A stretch of DNA of 64,000 bases from Candidatus Helarchaeota archaeon (GTDB lineage: Archaea > Asgardarchaeota > Lokiarchaeia > Helarchaeales > RDOG01). Of the stretch, positions 61,895 to 64,000 are shown one piece after another (the first letter of the stretch is position 1; every line of letters starts with the position of its first letter). The stretch is from assembly GCA_019058315.1 (NCBI GenBank), contig JAHPZH010000002.1:1-64000 (forward strand), written 5' to 3'. Below the pieces are notes generated by a model. That model did no database searches, was not told where the DNA came from, and was given only the letters and a program-made list of their open reading frames with translations. The position numbers and the translations under genes are program-made.

Positions 61895-62677
61895 TTGAGA
61901 CCACATCATAAAAAAGCAATAGAGAAATTGACTGAACATTTAAAGAAAAAAGATGAATTCTTAGCTCTAATTATTACTGGTTCAGTCGCTAAAGGAGTTG
62001 AAAAAGAAAATTCTGATATTGATATCATCCTCGTAGTTACTGATGAAGAATTTGAACGAAGAAAAGAAAAAAATAAACTTATCTATTTTTCAACTAGATT
62101 TTGTAAATATCCTAATGGATATTTTGATGGGAAAATTGTTAATCTGCAATTTATAAAGATGCTTGCTGAAAGAGGACCAGAGCCCGCTCGTGATGCTCTT
62201 AATGGTGCATTTATTGCCTTTTCTAAAATACTTGAACTTGAAGAAATTGTAAAAAAAATACCAGTTTATCAAAAAGATGAACAATCTGAGAAAATTAAAA
62301 CCTTTTATACACAATTTGAATGTGCAAAATGGTATTTAGAAGAGGCAGAAAAAAGAAATGACATGTATCTATTGACTCATGCAGTAGCTGATCTGATATT
62401 GTATGGTGGAAGATTAATACTTGCTTATAATGAAATTCTATACCCATACCATAAATTGTTTATGATTGAATTGAGAAAAGCTCCTAAAAAACCAGAAAAT
62501 CTAATGGCTTTAATAGATAAATTATTAGAGGAACCAAATTCTAAAAACGCTCAAGCCTTCTTTGATGCCATAAAAAATTTTACAGATTGGAATTTTAGAG
62601 AACTTTGGCCTGTTCGTTTTATGCTGGATACCGAATGGGCTTGGATTGATGGGAAAACATATATTGGCGATATTTAA
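61895..62677 (+). CDS. Pol-beta-like nucleotidyltransferase domain protein
   Basis: GSVAKG....SDID, YPYHK. Confidence 0.85.
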   Translation: MRPHHKKAIEKLTEHLKKKDEFLALIITGSVAKGVEKENSDIDIILVVTDEEFERRKEKNKLIYFSTRFCKYPNGYFDGKIVNLQFIKMLAERGPEPARDALNGAFIAFSKILELEEIVKKIPVYQKDEQSEKIKTFYTQFECAKWYLEEAEKRNDMYLLTHAVADLILYGGRLILAYNEILYPYHKLFMIELRKAPKKPENLMALIDKLLEEPNSKNAQAFFDAIKNFTDWNFRELWPVRFMLDTEWAWIDGKTYIGDI

Positions 62678-62759
62678 AAATCCAATTCTAATTACATTTA
62701 TTATCATAAAAAATAAAATACAAGATTAAAGAACAAAAAATAAATGAGGGTTTATATAA

Positions 62760-64000
62760 ATGACGACAATTACTAAAACTAAATCAAATATTGTTGAAAC
62801 TAAATCTGGAAAGGTTCAAGGTTATTCAGAAAATGGAGTACAAATATTTAAAGGCATTCCTTATGCCGCTCCGCCTATAGAAGAATTGCGTTTTTGTCCT
62901 CCCGAACCGAGAGAACCTTGGAAAGATGTGTTTGATGCTACTGAGTATGGAAATTATGCTATGCAAGGCTTTAACGCACTTGAAATACTTTTTGGGAAAA
63001 TTCCATATAAAGAAAGTGAAGATTGTTTAAACCTTAATATCTGGACACCAGATACAGATGGAAAAAAACCTGTAATGGTTTGGATTCATGGTGGTGCCTT
63101 TACAATGGGAAGTGGAGCTGATCCAATATATGAGGGCTCAGCTTTAGCCCGTCGTGGTAATATTGTAGTTGTAACAATAAATTATCGCCTTGGAGCTTTA
63201 GGTTTTCTCTATATTCCTGACTTAACTGTCAATATGGGAATGCAGGATCAAATTGCGGCCTTGAAATGGGTTAAAGATAACATTGAGGGTTTCGGAGGTG
63301 ACCCTAAAAATGTCACTATTTTCGGTGAATCTGCAGGTGGAGCATCAGTTTACTGCTTGCTTGCTATGCCAGCTGCAAAGGGGCTTTTTCATCACGCTAT
63401 TCCACAAAGTGGAGTATTCGGTTTTGATCCAACAGCTGGTAAGAAAAGTTCAGAGTATTTAATGAAGAAGTTAAAAGTCGAACCCGGTGATATTGACGCA
63501 TTACGCAAAGTTCCTGCGAAAAAAATCATGAAAGTTCAAGATAGAATTACTCTAAGACCAGGATTTTCAGATATTCTCGCATTTTCTCCAAGAATTGATC
63601 CTAAAACACTACCAAAACATCCAGTAGAAGCGATACGAGATGGATCTGCGAGCAAAGTAGATTTATTAATAGGAACGAATGAACATGAGATGAAACTTTT
63701 CGTAGCCATTGACCCTAGCGTTAGAAATATGGATTTAGATAAATTATATGAATTCATACAAGGAATGGGATTTGATGAAAGCAAAACCAAACAATTAATT
63801 AAGGTATATCAAGAAGCTAGAAAAGGTGTATCTTCAACAGACCCCGATGAATTATTTGCTGCTATTGGAACTGATTATACCTTTCGTATTCCTGCACTTC
63901 GTATAGCTGAATCACACAATAAGAATAATAAAAATACCTATAATTATTTATTTAAATGGCCTTCACCGGCGTTAAAAGGTGTTTTGGGCTGTTGTCATGC
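62760..64000 (+). CDS. Type-B carboxylesterase, runs off the window end (not in the ORF track)
   Basis: FKGIPYA.PP, SEDCLNLNIW, WIHGG, FGGDP.NVTIFGESAGG. Confidence 0.93.
   Translation, partial: MTTITKTKSNIVETKSGKVQGYSENGVQIFKGIPYAAPPIEELRFCPPEPREPWKDVFDATEYGNYAMQGFNALEILFGKIPYKESEDCLNLNIWTPDTDGKKPVMVWIHGGAFTMGSGADPIYEGSALARRGNIVVVTINYRLGALGFLYIPDLTVNMGMQDQIAALKWVKDNIEGFGGDPKNVTIFGESAGGASVYCLLAMPAAKGLFHHAIPQSGVFGFDPTAGKKSSEYLMKKLKVEPGDIDALRKVPAKKIMKVQDRITLRPGFSDILAFSPRIDPKTLPKHPVEAIRDGSASKVDLLIGTNEHEMKLFVAIDPSVRNMDLDKLYEFIQGMGFDESKTKQLIKVYQEARKGVSSTDPDELFAAIGTDYTFRIPALRIAESHNKNNKNTYNYLFKWPSPALKGVLGCCH

Overview
AT-rich archaeal chromosomal window, most likely an Asgard archaeon (Lokiarchaeia-like). 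This is inferred from the archaeal 16S rRNA, two Rab-like GTPases, PCI, AAR2 and DUSP domains, histone folds and an expanded anaerobic lipid/amino-acid metabolism. The window opens in the 3' end of an unlinked 16S rRNA gene. That gene carries a 43-nt ORF-less intron with a complete bulge-helix-bulge (BHB) motif in helix 44 (about E. coli 1414/1415). The last 38 nt of the 16S plus about 59 nt of trailer are repeated 4.7 kb downstream, bracketing a histone, an alpha-solenoid protein and a PD-(D/E)xK nuclease. The same 'gene - cargo - diverged copy of the gene's own 3' end' layout recurs at a ferredoxin gene and at a 2-hydroxyacyl-CoA dehydratase gene, and no integrase is visible. Other highlights are an AAR2 homolog next to a KOW-less Spt5 NGN paralog, a GcvH-like/Rab fusion, a histone variant with a Lys-rich C-terminal tail, bacterial-type queA and queH, and several genes that appear to start at ATT. 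The rest is mostly metabolic and hypothetical genes. All family assignments are by-eye motif recognition; no searches were run.
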